Assembly (NCBI GenBank): GCA_017552965.1
Contig: JAFZNQ010000076.1
Coordinates: forward strand, 22,035 to 86,034
DNA: 64,000 bases
Source: Abditibacteriota bacterium
Lineage (GTDB): Bacteria; Armatimonadota; UBA5829
Direction of reading: 5' to 3'
Shown: piece after piece, positions 9,122 through 17,937 of the stretch
How the letters are laid out: each line of letters begins with the position of its first letter
Numbering within the stretch: the stretch's first letter is position 1
Program-made: the position numbers and the translations under genes
The notes under the pieces: model-generated
Told to the model about the DNA's origin: nothing
The model's database searches: none
The model's input: the letters and a program-made list of their open reading frames with translations, nothing else

Positions 9122-9925
9122 CTAAGCCTTGGCGGCGGCTTCGATGATAGCGGCAAAATCGGGAGCCTTCAGGGCGGCGCCGCCGATAAGTCCGCCGTCT
9201 ATGTTCTCTTTGGAGAGCAGCTCGGCCGCATTGGAAGCCTTCATGGAGCCTCCGTACTGGATGCGGACGGCCTGAGCGACGGCTTCGCCGTACATCTCGC
9301 CCACCACCGAGCGGATCAGGCCGCAGACCCTGTCGGCCTCGGCGCTGTCGCAGGTCATACCGGTGCCGATGGCCCACACGGGCTCATAGGCTATGACCAT
9401 GGACATGGCGTGCTCCTTCGAAAAGCCCGCAAGGTCCTTCTTCATCTGGCAGCTGATGACCTCGTCGGTCTTGCCCGCTTCTCTCTCGGAAAGCATTTCG
9501 CCGCAGGCGATGATGGTCTTCAGACCCGCTTCAAAGGCAAACTTGGCCTTGGCGTTCACGGTCTCGTCGGACTCGCCGAAGTAAGACAGTCTCGACTCCA
9601 GCTCGGGGTCGGACACTCCGAAGCGGCCTCTGGTCTCGCTGTGGCCCAGGATGACCCACTCTGCTCCGGCATCCTTCAGCATCTGGGGAGCCAGCTGGCT
9701 GGTCCAGGCTCCGGACTCCTTCCAGAAGCAGCCCTGGGCGCCTACCATGATGTTGGAGCCCTTCAGCTCGTCGGCTATCTTCGATATGGCTACTGCCGTG
9801 GGGCACACGCAGATATCCACGTTGTCATAAGCGGCTACCAGAGGCTTCAGGGCGCCCACCAACGCCTTGCCGGGCTCTATGAGCATGTTCATCTTCCAGT
9901 TTCCGGCTATAAATGGTCTTCTCAT
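9122..9925 (-). CDS. tpiA: triosephosphate isomerase
   Basis: AGNWKMN, GHSETR, YEPVWAIGTG, IQYGGS motifs. AAGGAG lies upstream of the ATG. Confidence 0.95.
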   Translation of the reverse strand: MRRPFIAGNWKMNMLIEPGKALVGALKPLVAAYDNVDICVCPTAVAISKIADELKGSNIMVGAQGCFWKESGAWTSQLAPQMLKDAGAEWVILGHSETRGRFGVSDPELESRLSYFGESDETVNAKAKFAFEAGLKTIIACGEMLSEREAGKTDEVISCQMKKDLAGFSKEHAMSMVIAYEPVWAIGTGMTCDSAEADRVCGLIRSVVGEMYGEAVAQAVRIQYGGSMKASNAAELLSKENIDGGLIGGAALKAPDFAAIIEAAAKA

Positions 9926-9958
9926 TCAAAACTCCTTGATGTATGATTCACATATATT

Positions 9959-9988
9959 ATTATACCACAAACAGTCTCCTCCGGACAA
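9959..9988 (-). promoter_or_regulatory. candidate sigma70 promoter of tpiA (extended -10)
   Basis: The minus strand reads TTGTCC (9988-9983), an 18-nt spacer, then TGGTATAAT (9967-9959). It sits about 30 nt upstream of the tpiA start. Confidence 0.45.
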
Positions 9989-10025
9989 GGACGCCCCGGC
10001 CAAAACGCCCCGGCGGAGGGGGCAT

Positions 10026-10054
10026 TTGAAAAACGGCGGCGGATATGGTATCAT
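10026..10054 (+). promoter_or_regulatory. candidate upstream promoter P1 facing rpmH
   Basis: TTGAAA (10026-10031), a 17-nt spacer, then TGG-TATCAT (-10 at 10049-10054). Confidence 0.4.
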
Positions 10055-10095
10055 ATATATGCGTGTCCCTGCGGCGGAGCCCCCGCGGCCACCGC

Positions 10096-10124
10096 TTGCA
10101 TTTGACGCGGAAAAGTGATATAAT
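10096..10124 (+). promoter_or_regulatory. candidate promoter P2 of rpmH operon (extended -10)
   Basis: TTGCAT (10096-10101), an exactly 17-nt spacer, then TGA-TATAAT (10119-10124). It lies 35 nt upstream of the rpmH ATG. Confidence 0.6.
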
Positions 10125-10158
10125 ATCTGTTGTGATAACAGTATCGGAGACTACATAA

Positions 10159-10296
10159 ATGAAGACCACATATCATCCCAAAAAGCGCCAGGCGCACAAA
10201 GTACACGGCTTCATGGCCAGAATGTCCACCAAAGGCGGCAGAAGAGTGCTGGCTGCCCGCAGACAAAAGGGCAGATGGGCTCTGACCACCGTCTGA
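10159..10296 (+). CDS. rpmH: 50S ribosomal protein L34 (45 aa; absent from the ORF track because it is short)
   Basis: My translation is [45 protein letters not shown]. It matches the L34 pattern (..HGF.ARM.T..GR.VL..RR.KGR..L). The position directly upstream of rnpA is the canonical one. Confidence 0.9.
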   Translation: MKTTYHPKKRQAHKVHGFMARMSTKGGRRVLAARRQKGRWALTTV

Positions 10297-10349
10297 TCCA
10301 CGGCGACCGGTGACAGCCCTCAGCTGTCCCGGGGCCGCAGTGCGCGTGT

Positions 10350-10691
10350 ATGCTCAGAAAAGCCAACAGGCTGAAAAAGCAGCGGGATTTTAAAAAAGTG
10401 TACAACAGGGGCAGAAGCTATGTTTCTGACCTGTTTGTTATGTATGTATATCAGACCGGGACCCCCGCTGCCCTGTGCGGCTTTTCCATCAGCAAAAAGG
10501 TGAGCAAGGCCTGCATGCGCAATCTTATCAAACGCCGCGCCTCGGAAGCGCTGCGGGACACCATGGCCCGGCTTCGCCCGGGCACCCACCTGGTGTTTGT
10601 AGCCAGAAAGGACGCTGCCGGCGCCGAATTCGGCGAGATAAGCCGCTGTCTGCATTCCCTGCTGAAAAAAGCCGGGCTCGACAAATGCTGA
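10350..10691 (+). CDS. rnpA: ribonuclease P protein component
   Basis: N-terminal basic RNR-type region (RLKKQRDFKKVYNRGR), about 113 aa. It sits in the rpmH-rnpA-yidD-yidC context. Confidence 0.85.
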   Translation: MLRKANRLKKQRDFKKVYNRGRSYVSDLFVMYVYQTGTPAALCGFSISKKVSKACMRNLIKRRASEALRDTMARLRPGTHLVFVARKDAAGAEFGEISRCLHSLLKKAGLDKC

Positions 10692-10903
10692 TCCGCAGAC
10701 TGCTGGTATTCTTTATCCGCCGCATATATCAGCCTTTTTCCCGCAAATTCCTGCCGCCCAGCTGCCGTTTCCGGCCCACCTGTTCCGAATACACCGCTCA
10801 GGCAATAGAGAAATACGGTGTATTCAAGGGGTGCTTTCTCGGCCTGATACGGATATGCAAATGCAATCCGTTCAGCAAGGGCGGAGACGATCCCCTGCCA
10901 TAG
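10685..10903 (+). CDS. yidD: membrane protein insertion efficiency factor YidD
   Basis: The conserved Cys pattern is present: SCRFRPTCSEYTAQAIEKYG...CNPFSKGGDDP. The ATG at 10685 overlaps the rnpA stop (ATGCTGA). The part of ORF 10475-10903 upstream of this ATG is an out-of-frame overlap with rnpA. Confidence 0.85.
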   Translation: MLIRRLLVFFIRRIYQPFSRKFLPPSCRFRPTCSEYTAQAIEKYGVFKGCFLGLIRICKCNPFSKGGDDPLP

Positions 10904-10926
10904 AGACGACCATTCCGGAGAGACAC

Positions 10927-12087
10927 ATGTCAAAAACAGCATATATAGCCGGGCTTCTTGCCGTCATACTTCTTTGCAGTATGTCCGTCTTTGCCCAGAG
11001 CAAGGCGGAGGCCGAATACCAAAAGGGTATGAAATACATGGAGAAGGCCCTGGGGGAGACCCGGGATTCCACCGCCAAAAAAGAGAACTTTGAGGCGGCG
11101 GAGGACGCCTTCAACTCCATAGTCAAGGGCAAGACCACCAAGGATTCCGTCCAGGCCATCTTCAGTCAGCTGGAGCTGGCCCGCATCAAGGCGGAGGGCG
11201 TGGGCAACAAAAAGAACCTGACCATGGCCTACGAGCAGCTCAAGCAGCTGGTCACCCGCTGGGACAAGGACCCCGCCACTCTGGAGCGGATCGGCTTTAC
11301 CGAGGCGGAGGTCAAGGAGATACAGGACAAGATCGCCGAGGCAAAGGATTACAAGGCCGAGGTAGCTGTCAAGCTGGACAAGGAAAACAGCCACAAGCTC
11401 CAGTACAAGCTCATGGACATGCTGGTCAGAATGACCGGCCGCAACCCCTCCTTCAGCTACTGGTTCGCCATCATCCTCATAGCGGTGGTGGTCAAGGTGG
11501 CTCTCACCCCCTTTACCAACGCCCAGATGAAGTCCATGAAGGAGATGCAGGCCATCCAGCCCAAGGTCAAGGCTCTCCAGGACAAATACAGGGACAACCA
11601 GCAAAAGCTGGGCGAAGAGACCATGAAGCTCTACAAGGAGCATCACATCAACCCCATGAGCGGCTGCCTGCCCCTCCTCATCCAGATGCCCATACTGTTT
11701 TACCTCTACGCCTGTATCAAGAGCTACGAGGTGCAGTTTGCCAACGGCACCTTTTTGTGGATAGGCTCCGGCCTGACCCACAAGGTGGCCATCCCCGTGT
11801 TCGGCAACCAGTCCCAGAACCTGTGGCTGAGCGCCGGCAACCTGTCCGAAGCGGACCTGATACTGCTGGTGGTGTATATCATCAGCACCTTCTTCAGCAT
11901 GCAGCTGAACCAGAGTCCCAGCATGGATCCCCAGCAGGCCTCCCAGCAAAAGATGATGAGCTACATGTTCCCCATCATGTTTGCCTTCTTCTTTGCGGGC
12001 TTTCCCAGCGCGTTCCTGCTCTACTGGTTCGTGTTCAACGTGATCCAGACCATCCAGACCAGGATCTATATGAAAAAGAACAGTTAG
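10927..12087 (+). CDS. yidC: membrane protein insertase YidC/Oxa1 family (386 aa)
   Basis: Signal-anchor MSKTAYIAGLLAVILLCSMSVFA. The C-terminal core carries MKEMQAIQPKVKALQDKY...YKEHHINPMSGCLPLLIQMPILF. I chose the ATG at 10927 rather than the track start at 10831. Confidence 0.9.
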   Translation: MSKTAYIAGLLAVILLCSMSVFAQSKAEAEYQKGMKYMEKALGETRDSTAKKENFEAAEDAFNSIVKGKTTKDSVQAIFSQLELARIKAEGVGNKKNLTMAYEQLKQLVTRWDKDPATLERIGFTEAEVKEIQDKIAEAKDYKAEVAVKLDKENSHKLQYKLMDMLVRMTGRNPSFSYWFAIILIAVVVKVALTPFTNAQMKSMKEMQAIQPKVKALQDKYRDNQQKLGEETMKLYKEHHINPMSGCLPLLIQMPILFYLYACIKSYEVQFANGTFLWIGSGLTHKVAIPVFGNQSQNLWLSAGNLSEADLILLVVYIISTFFSMQLNQSPSMDPQQASQQKMMSYMFPIMFAFFFAGFPSAFLLYWFVFNVIQTIQTRIYMKKNS

Positions 12088-12114
12088 CAATCACTATCCG
12101 AAGGAATAAACATA

Positions 12115-12690
12115 ATGTCAGACATCAAAGATCTTACGGGCGAAGAGCCCGAGAACCCTATCGTTGAAACCGAGACCCTGCCGGAGAGCGAAGGCGACGC
12201 CGCCGCCCCGGCCGAAGAGGTCTCCGACGCCGAGCTGTCGGCAGCCTACAGCGACAAGGCCTTTGAATTCCTGTCCGAGACCGTCAGGCTCATGGGTCTG
12301 GACGCGGAGGTCAGGCTCAGAGGACAGTCCGACAGCACCGTGGACTTTGAATTCGTGGGGCCGGATATAGCCCTGCTCATAGGCAAGCACGGCAAGACCA
12401 TAGACGCCCTGCAGTATCTGGCCGACGTGACCGCCTACAAAAAGTATCCCTGCCGCAAGCGGGTGGTGCTGGACGCAGACAATCACAGAAGCAAGCGGAC
12501 CAAGGAGCTGGAGGAAAAGGTGCTCAAGATAGCCGCCATGGTCAGAGAATACGGCAAGGAAGCTGTCATGGAGCCCCAGTCCGCCAAGGACCGCCGCTTC
12601 ATCCACATGCTGCTGGCCAACGAGCCGGGAGTCAAGACCTACTCCGAGGGCGCAGGGGCCGAAAGACACATAGTCATCTCCCCCAAATAA
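12115..12690 (+). CDS. jag: Jag/KhpB RNA-binding protein (KH + R3H domains)
   Basis: KH GxxG motif (GKHGKTIDALQYL) and R3H motif (DRRFIH). Canonical position after yidC. Confidence 0.85.
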   Translation: MSDIKDLTGEEPENPIVETETLPESEGDAAAPAEEVSDAELSAAYSDKAFEFLSETVRLMGLDAEVRLRGQSDSTVDFEFVGPDIALLIGKHGKTIDALQYLADVTAYKKYPCRKRVVLDADNHRSKRTKELEEKVLKIAAMVREYGKEAVMEPQSAKDRRFIHMLLANEPGVKTYSEGAGAERHIVISPK

Positions 12691-12694
12691 CGAC

Positions 12695-14071
12695 ATGTCC
12701 TATTTGCAGGATACCATAGCGGCTATAGCCACTCCCAGGGGAAATGCAGGTATCGGAGTCATCAGATGTTCTGGCTCCGATGCCTTTTTTATTGCAGGCA
12801 GCCTGTTTTCCCGCAGTCTGGAGGGAGCAGCCGGACACACCGCTCTCTACGGCGTGCTGTCCCACAGGGACGGCAGGCCCATAGACCGGGTCCTCATGAC
12901 CGTGTTCAGAGGCCCCGCCAGCTACACCGGAGAGGACACGGTGGAGATATCCTGTCACGGCAGCAGGATCATACTGGAAGAGGCGCTGGAGGCCCTGCTG
13001 GAAGCGGGAGCCCGTCTCGCGGAGCCGGGAGAATTTACCCGGCGGGCTTATCTCAACGGCAAGCTGGACCTGAGCCGGGCCGAGGCAGTCAACGACGTCA
13101 TCACCGCAGGCACCCGGGAAGCCAAGAACATGGCTCTCCGGCAGCTGGAGGGCGGTCTGGGAGACCGGATAGCCGCCTTTGAAAAGAGCCTGCTGGCCCT
13201 GGTGGCCTCCATAGAGGCGGCCATCGACTTTCCCGAGGACGTGCCCGAGCCGGACAGAGACACTCTGACGGCAGACTGCCGGCGCATAAGGGGCGACATC
13301 CACGCCCTCATCGGCGCTTCGGAGCGGGCCCACGTGTTCAGAGACGGCATCAGGATCGCTCTGGCCGGCAGCGTCAACGCCGGCAAATCCTCTCTCCTCA
13401 ACGCCCTTCTGGAGAGAAACAGGGCCATAGTCACCGATATACCCGGCACCACCAGAGACACCCTGGAGGAGCAGACGGACATCTGCGGCATCCCCTGCCT
13501 GCTCATAGATACGGCGGGAGTGCGGGAGACCCGGGACCCGGTGGAGAGCCGGGGAGTAGCCCGGACCCTGGAGGCCATCCGGACTGCGGACCTGACGCTG
13601 GTGCTCTTTGACTCCGGCCGCAGCGTGTCGGAGGAGGACCGCCGCATACTGGAGCTGGTCTCGGACAAAGAGTTTTTGCCGGTCATCAACAAAACAGACC
13701 TGGGGAGAGAGGACGAGGAGGCGGAGATACTGAGCCTCATAGGCTCCGTCACCGAAAAAAAACCTGTCCGGATCAGCGCCGCCGCCCCAGAAGGTATTGA
13801 TTTATTGGTGAAAACTATATATAATATATTTATAAGTGACAGCTTATCCCGGGAGTCGGTCGTAATGACGAACCTGAGGCATACCCAGTGCCTGAAGGAA
13901 GCCCGCGAAAGTCTGGACAAAGCCCTGGACAGCATAGGCATGGGCCTTGCCATAGATTTCGTATCCATAGATCTGCGCGGAGCGCTTCTCTCCCTGGGCA
14001 GGATCACCGGAAGCGGAGCAGCAGACGATCTGCTGGACACCATCTTTTCGGGCTTTTGCATCGGAAAATAG
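12695..14071 (+). CDS. mnmE: tRNA modification GTPase MnmE
   Basis: N-terminal DTIAAIATPRG. G-motifs GSVNAGKSS, DTAG, NKTD. The C-terminal FCIGK tetrapeptide context is present. Confidence 0.95.
   Translation: MSYLQDTIAAIATPRGNAGIGVIRCSGSDAFFIAGSLFSRSLEGAAGHTALYGVLSHRDGRPIDRVLMTVFRGPASYTGEDTVEISCHGSRIILEEALEALLEAGARLAEPGEFTRRAYLNGKLDLSRAEAVNDVITAGTREAKNMALRQLEGGLGDRIAAFEKSLLALVASIEAAIDFPEDVPEPDRDTLTADCRRIRGDIHALIGASERAHVFRDGIRIALAGSVNAGKSSLLNALLERNRAIVTDIPGTTRDTLEEQTDICGIPCLLIDTAGVRETRDPVESRGVARTLEAIRTADLTLVLFDSGRSVSEEDRRILELVSDKEFLPVINKTDLGREDEEAEILSLIGSVTEKKPVRISAAAPEGIDLLVKTIYNIFISDSLSRESVVMTNLRHTQCLKEARESLDKALDSIGMGLAIDFVSIDLRGALLSLGRITGSGAADDLLDTIFSGFCIGK
13797..13825 (+). promoter_or_regulatory. 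candidate internal promoter inside the mnmE coding region
   Basis: TTGATT (13797-13802), a 17-nt spacer, then TATAAT (13820-13825). It sits in a conspicuous AT-rich patch of about 50 nt in an otherwise GC-rich gene. Confidence 0.4.
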
Positions 14072-14081
14072 GAACAAGCTT

Positions 14082-15218
14082 ATGCCAAAGAGCCTATACG
14101 TCAAGGACATAATCAACAACCAGATACCCAACCTGCAGGTCAACGGCAGGTTCGTTTTGTCATCTAAGTCTCTGGGCACCGGCAAGAACGGCAGCTATTA
14201 TCTGAGCCTCAAGCTCACCGACAAGACAGGCGACATAGACGCCAAGAAGTGGGACGTGAAGCCCAACGAAGCCGACAAATACTTTGAGGGCAAGGTGTAC
14301 GAGGTCAAGGGCACCCTGAGCCAATACAACGGCTCCCCTCAGGTGAAGGTGGACAACATCACCCGGGTGGACGAAGAGTTTGACCCGTCTGATTACATGA
14401 AGAGCTCTCCCAGAGACCCGGAGGAAATGCTCGGCGAGCTGAAGGCTCTCACGGACACCATCACGACTCCCCAGGTCAGGAGTCTGGTGGACTACTTCTT
14501 CGGCAACAAGGATTTTGTCAAAAAGTTCCGGGTGGCTCCCGCCGCCATCAGCATGCATCACGGCTACATCAGCGGCCTGCTGGAGCACACTCTCCAGGTG
14601 GCAAAGACCGGCGTGGCCATTGCGGAGCAGTATCCCGGCGTGAACAGGGATCTGGTGCTGGGCGGCTGTCTGCTGCACGACATAGCCAAGACCGCGGAAT
14701 ACAGCTGGGATTCAAACATAGAGTTCACCACCGAGGGCCATCTGCTGGGGCATCTCTATATGGGCGCCCAGATGGTCCGCAGAGCCTGCGAGGAGCTGCA
14801 GCTGGACAGGGGCTTTGCCATGTATATGGAGCACATGATCCTCTCTCACCACGGCAAATACGAGTGGGGCTCTCCCAAGAGGCCCAAGAGCCCCGAGGCC
14901 ATCATACTGTTTATCGCAGATTATACCAGCGCCGGCGTCACTCAGGCCTTTGACGCCATAGGCGATGCCAACGCCCGCAACGAAAAGGGCGATTTTACGG
15001 CCAAGCCGGCCAAATCTCTGGAGAGACGCCTCTACAGAAAGGATCCCCTTTCCCCTGCCGCCCCCGGAGAGCAGGATGACAGCGCTTTTCCCGAGGATGA
15101 CAAGCCTCTCATGGACACAGGCAGCCTCAGGGATATAGAAGACGCCTTTTTGAAGGGCGACACGGAAGAAGCCGAGCCGGAGGCCCCGGAAAAGCCGGAG
15201 CCCGGCCTGATATTTTAG
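14082..15218 (+). CDS. YhaM-like 3'-5' exoribonuclease (OB-fold + HD domain)
   Basis: N-terminal OB-fold-like region, then HD-domain motifs (HHGYISGLLEHT, LLHDIAKT, SHHGKYEWGSP). Confidence 0.75.
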   Translation: MPKSLYVKDIINNQIPNLQVNGRFVLSSKSLGTGKNGSYYLSLKLTDKTGDIDAKKWDVKPNEADKYFEGKVYEVKGTLSQYNGSPQVKVDNITRVDEEFDPSDYMKSSPRDPEEMLGELKALTDTITTPQVRSLVDYFFGNKDFVKKFRVAPAAISMHHGYISGLLEHTLQVAKTGVAIAEQYPGVNRDLVLGGCLLHDIAKTAEYSWDSNIEFTTEGHLLGHLYMGAQMVRRACEELQLDRGFAMYMEHMILSHHGKYEWGSPKRPKSPEAIILFIADYTSAGVTQAFDAIGDANARNEKGDFTAKPAKSLERRLYRKDPLSPAAPGEQDDSAFPEDDKPLMDTGSLRDIEDAFLKGDTEEAEPEAPEKPEPGLIF

Positions 15219-15228
15219 GAGTCAATTG

Positions 15229-15729
15229 ATGTCAATCAGCATCGGAACCTTGTCTGCTTTTGCGGAGCAAAACCTGTTGTGGATACTGGCCGGTCTGTCG
15301 GCCCTGTGTCTCATTTTGCTCATAATATGCATAGTGCTTCTGGCCCGCACCAGAAAGCCTCACGGCAAGCTGAAGGCGGAAGAGCTGGACGCAGACAAGG
15401 TCATCGAAGCGCTGGAAAACCTGGACGAGCGCATAGACGCTCTCATGCTCTATGCCAGGAACACCAATGAGGCTCACACCAAGCTGGCGGAACAGACCAA
15501 ATGCTCCTTCAGCAGGATAGCCATAGAGCGGTATGACGCCTTTCCCGACTGCGGAGGCAAGCAAAGCTTTTCCGCAGCCATTCTCAACGACAACGGCGAC
15601 GGCCTCCTCATAAGAGGCATCGCCACCAGAGATTCCAACAGGACCTACTTTAACACCATCAAAAAGGGTGAGACGGAAATAGAGCTGTCCGACGAGGACA
15701 AGGCGGCTATTTCAAAAGCAAGCAGCTAA
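15229..15729 (+). CDS. DUF4446-like membrane-anchored protein
   Basis: One N-terminal TM helix, a coiled segment, then ERYDAFPDCGGKQSFSAAILNDNGDGLLIRGI, which matches my memory of the DUF4446 core. ATG at 15229, 7 nt after AGGAG. Confidence 0.65.
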   Translation: MSISIGTLSAFAEQNLLWILAGLSALCLILLIICIVLLARTRKPHGKLKAEELDADKVIEALENLDERIDALMLYARNTNEAHTKLAEQTKCSFSRIAIERYDAFPDCGGKQSFSAAILNDNGDGLLIRGIATRDSNRTYFNTIKKGETEIELSDEDKAAISKASS

Positions 15730-16314
15730 ATGTCAAACAATCTGGAAACGATACTCATAGAAAAATGCAAGCAGGGTGATCTGCAGGCCTTCGACCAGCT
15801 GATGGAAATGCATCAGGAGAGGGTCTTCAACTTTGCCAAGCGGATCTCCGGCAATTACGACGAGGCGGCCGACATCACTCAGGACGCCTTTCTGCGCGCG
15901 TTTTCATCCATCAAGTCCTTCCGCAACGAGGCGGCCTTTACTTCCTGGATGTATCGTATCGTGAAGAACATTTTTCTGGACAAGAAGCGCCTGGCCGACA
16001 AGGCTCCCACCGTCTCCATGGACAAGCACATAGCCACCTCGGAAGGAGATTTCCAGAGGGAATTTCAGGACGAAAAGACGGCCACGCCCGAAGAGAGGCT
16101 CATGCAGGACGAAAAGAACAGGCTCGTGCAGCAGCTCCCGATGGAGCTGCCGGATCACCACCGGATCCCTCTGGTCCTCTACCACATGGAAAACAAGAGC
16201 TACGAAGAGATATCCGCCATCATCAACCTCCCTCTGGGCACCGTCAAATCCAGGATAAGCAGAGCCAGGCTGGCTTTTGCCGAAAAACTCAAGGAACATC
16301 CGGAACTTTTGTAG
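15730..16314 (+). CDS. ECF-type RNA polymerase sigma-70 family factor
   Basis: Sigma-2 region (DEAADITQDAFLRAF...WMYRIVKN) and sigma-4 HTH (SYEEISAIINLPLGTVKSRISRAR). The ATG abuts the upstream stop. Confidence 0.85.
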   Translation: MSNNLETILIEKCKQGDLQAFDQLMEMHQERVFNFAKRISGNYDEAADITQDAFLRAFSSIKSFRNEAAFTSWMYRIVKNIFLDKKRLADKAPTVSMDKHIATSEGDFQREFQDEKTATPEERLMQDEKNRLVQQLPMELPDHHRIPLVLYHMENKSYEEISAIINLPLGTVKSRISRARLAFAEKLKEHPELL

Positions 16315-16359
16315 CAGGATCCGCGTTTTATAAATGAGTATAATTATCAGGTGAACAGC

Positions 16360-16785
16360 ATGAATTGTGACAGCATCAGGAATCTCTTGCCCGACTATGA
16401 GGACAAGAGCCTGTCAGCAAAGACAAACGAGGCTATAGAGAGTCATCTGCAGGAGTGCAGTGACTGCGCGGAGACCCTTGCGCTGCTGGAAAAGAGCAAG
16501 CGCGTCCTGTCTGCCGTCTCCTCCGAGCCGGCCCCTGCCGGACTGAGGCAAAACGTCATCAGAGAGTGCCGCAAGACCAAGGCGTCCCTCTTCGACGTGT
16601 TCTTTGGTCTGGGGCACAGCCCCTATCGCGCAGGCTTTGCCGTAGGAGCGGCTCTGCTGGCCATCACGGTAGTGTGCGTCAACGTGGCCAATATCTCCGG
16701 CAGATCCACCAAATATGAGACCTATCAGACTGCCAATCTCACCGGCGTTTACGAGACTCAGTTCACCATAGACAAGCATCAGTAG
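16360..16785 (+). CDS. zinc-binding (ZAS-type) anti-sigma factor, single TM
   Basis: H-x3-C-x2-C motif (HLQECSDC) near the N-terminus, a central TM helix (FAVGAALLAITVVCV), and a position immediately downstream of the ECF sigma. The ATG at 16360 follows AGGTGA. Confidence 0.75.
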   Translation: MNCDSIRNLLPDYEDKSLSAKTNEAIESHLQECSDCAETLALLEKSKRVLSAVSSEPAPAGLRQNVIRECRKTKASLFDVFFGLGHSPYRAGFAVGAALLAITVVCVNVANISGRSTKYETYQTANLTGVYETQFTIDKHQ

Positions 16786-16802
16786 TATCTCCGATATTGC
16801 AT

Positions 16803-16829
16803 GGCCCCGGCAACAGCCGGGGCCTTTTT
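16803..16829 (+). terminator. rho-independent terminator after anti-sigma gene
   Basis: GGCCCCGGC-AACA-GCCGGGGCC (9-bp stem) followed by TTTTT. Confidence 0.75.
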
Positions 16830-16836
16830 GCGTCTG

Positions 16837-16865
16837 TTGCTTTTTGCCGTGTCTTCTGCTACAAT
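16837..16865 (+). promoter_or_regulatory. candidate promoter of oxidoreductase gene (extended -10)
   Basis: TTGCTT (16837-16842), a 17-nt spacer, then TGC-TACAAT (16860-16865). It lies 40 nt upstream of the ATG at 16906. Confidence 0.5.
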
Positions 16866-16905
16866 TATAGCGTAACACACTGCGACCGTAAGAGAGGAAA
16901 TACAC

Positions 16906-17883
16906 ATGTTCAAATGGGGCATAATATCGGCGGCGTCCATCGCCTCCAGCTTTATGCGGGGCATCGCCGACTCCGAGGGCAGCGTCTGCTGCGCCATAGC
17001 GTCCAGAGACGCGGACAAGGCCCGGGCTTTCGCCCGGGAGCACGGCATACCCAGGGCGTACGGCTCCTATGAGGAGCTGCTCTGCGACCGGGATATAGAC
17101 GGGGTATACGTCTGCAACCTGCACCCCTGGCACAGGGAGGCAGTGCTGGCAGCAGCGGAAAAGGGCAAGCACGTATTGGTGGAAAAGCCTGCCGCCATGA
17201 CGAGAGAAGAGGCAGAGGAGATGATAGCCTGCTGCAGACAGCACGGGGTGTTCTTTATGGAGGCCTTTATGTACAGGTGCCATCCCCAGACAAAAGCGGC
17301 CTGCGACATCATAGCCTCGGGAGAGCTGGGCAAGGTGGGCTTTATACAGACCTCCTTTGGCTTCCGCTGCCCCGGAGGGCCGGAGCACAGGGTCATGAAC
17401 AAGGCCGTGGGCGGAGGAGGCGTTCTGGACGTGGGCTGCTACAATGCATCCCTGGCAAGACTGCTGGCAGGCGCCGCGCTGGGCAAGCCCTTTGCTGAGC
17501 CCGAGAGCCTCAGGGCCACGGGCTATCTGGGACCCTCGGGGGCAGACTATATCACCTCCGCATCCCTCACCTTCGGGGAGCACATACAGGCGGTGATGAG
17601 CGTCTCCATAGAGACTCCCCTGCCCAACAACGCCATAGTCTGCGGGAGCCGGGGACAGATGCTCATAGAAAACCCCTGGGGCTGTCACGGCTCCATACGG
17701 GTCACGGGCACGGACAAACCCTATGAGCTGTCCTTTGACACCTCAGCAAGGAACCTCTACTCCTACGAGATAGACTGCGTGGCCCGGAGAGAGGCGCCCC
17801 ACCCCGCCATGAGTCCCGAGGACACTCTGGGCAATATGGACCTGCTGGACAGGTGGCGCCGGGAGATAGACCTGGTGTACTGA
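16906..17883 (+). CDS. Gfo/Idh/MocA-family NAD(P)-dependent oxidoreductase
   Basis: N-terminal Rossmann segment, conserved EKP motif (VLVEKPAAMT), typical length of 325 aa. Confidence 0.85.
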   Translation: MFKWGIISAASIASSFMRGIADSEGSVCCAIASRDADKARAFAREHGIPRAYGSYEELLCDRDIDGVYVCNLHPWHREAVLAAAEKGKHVLVEKPAAMTREEAEEMIACCRQHGVFFMEAFMYRCHPQTKAACDIIASGELGKVGFIQTSFGFRCPGGPEHRVMNKAVGGGGVLDVGCYNASLARLLAGAALGKPFAEPESLRATGYLGPSGADYITSASLTFGEHIQAVMSVSIETPLPNNAIVCGSRGQMLIENPWGCHGSIRVTGTDKPYELSFDTSARNLYSYEIDCVARREAPHPAMSPEDTLGNMDLLDRWRREIDLVY

Positions 17884-17893
17884 CCACCCCCCC

Positions 17894-17930
17894 AAAAAAA
17901 GAGGGAGCGGCAAGCCGCTCCCTTTGTTGT
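17894..17930. terminator. bidirectional terminator between convergent genes
   Basis: A7, then a 9-bp stem AGGGAGCGG/CCGCTCCCT (17902-17923, loop CAAG), then TTTGTTGTTG. Confidence 0.7.
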
Positions 17931-17937
17931 TGTGTGT

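Noticed and set aside
9926-10158. Replication origin / DnaA-box cluster next to rpmH
   Set aside because: No TTATCCACA-type 9-mer is present; the best look-alikes, TTATACCACA and TGTGATAAC, carry an indel. There is no dnaA gene. Gene orientation on both sides does not switch in the way expected at an origin.
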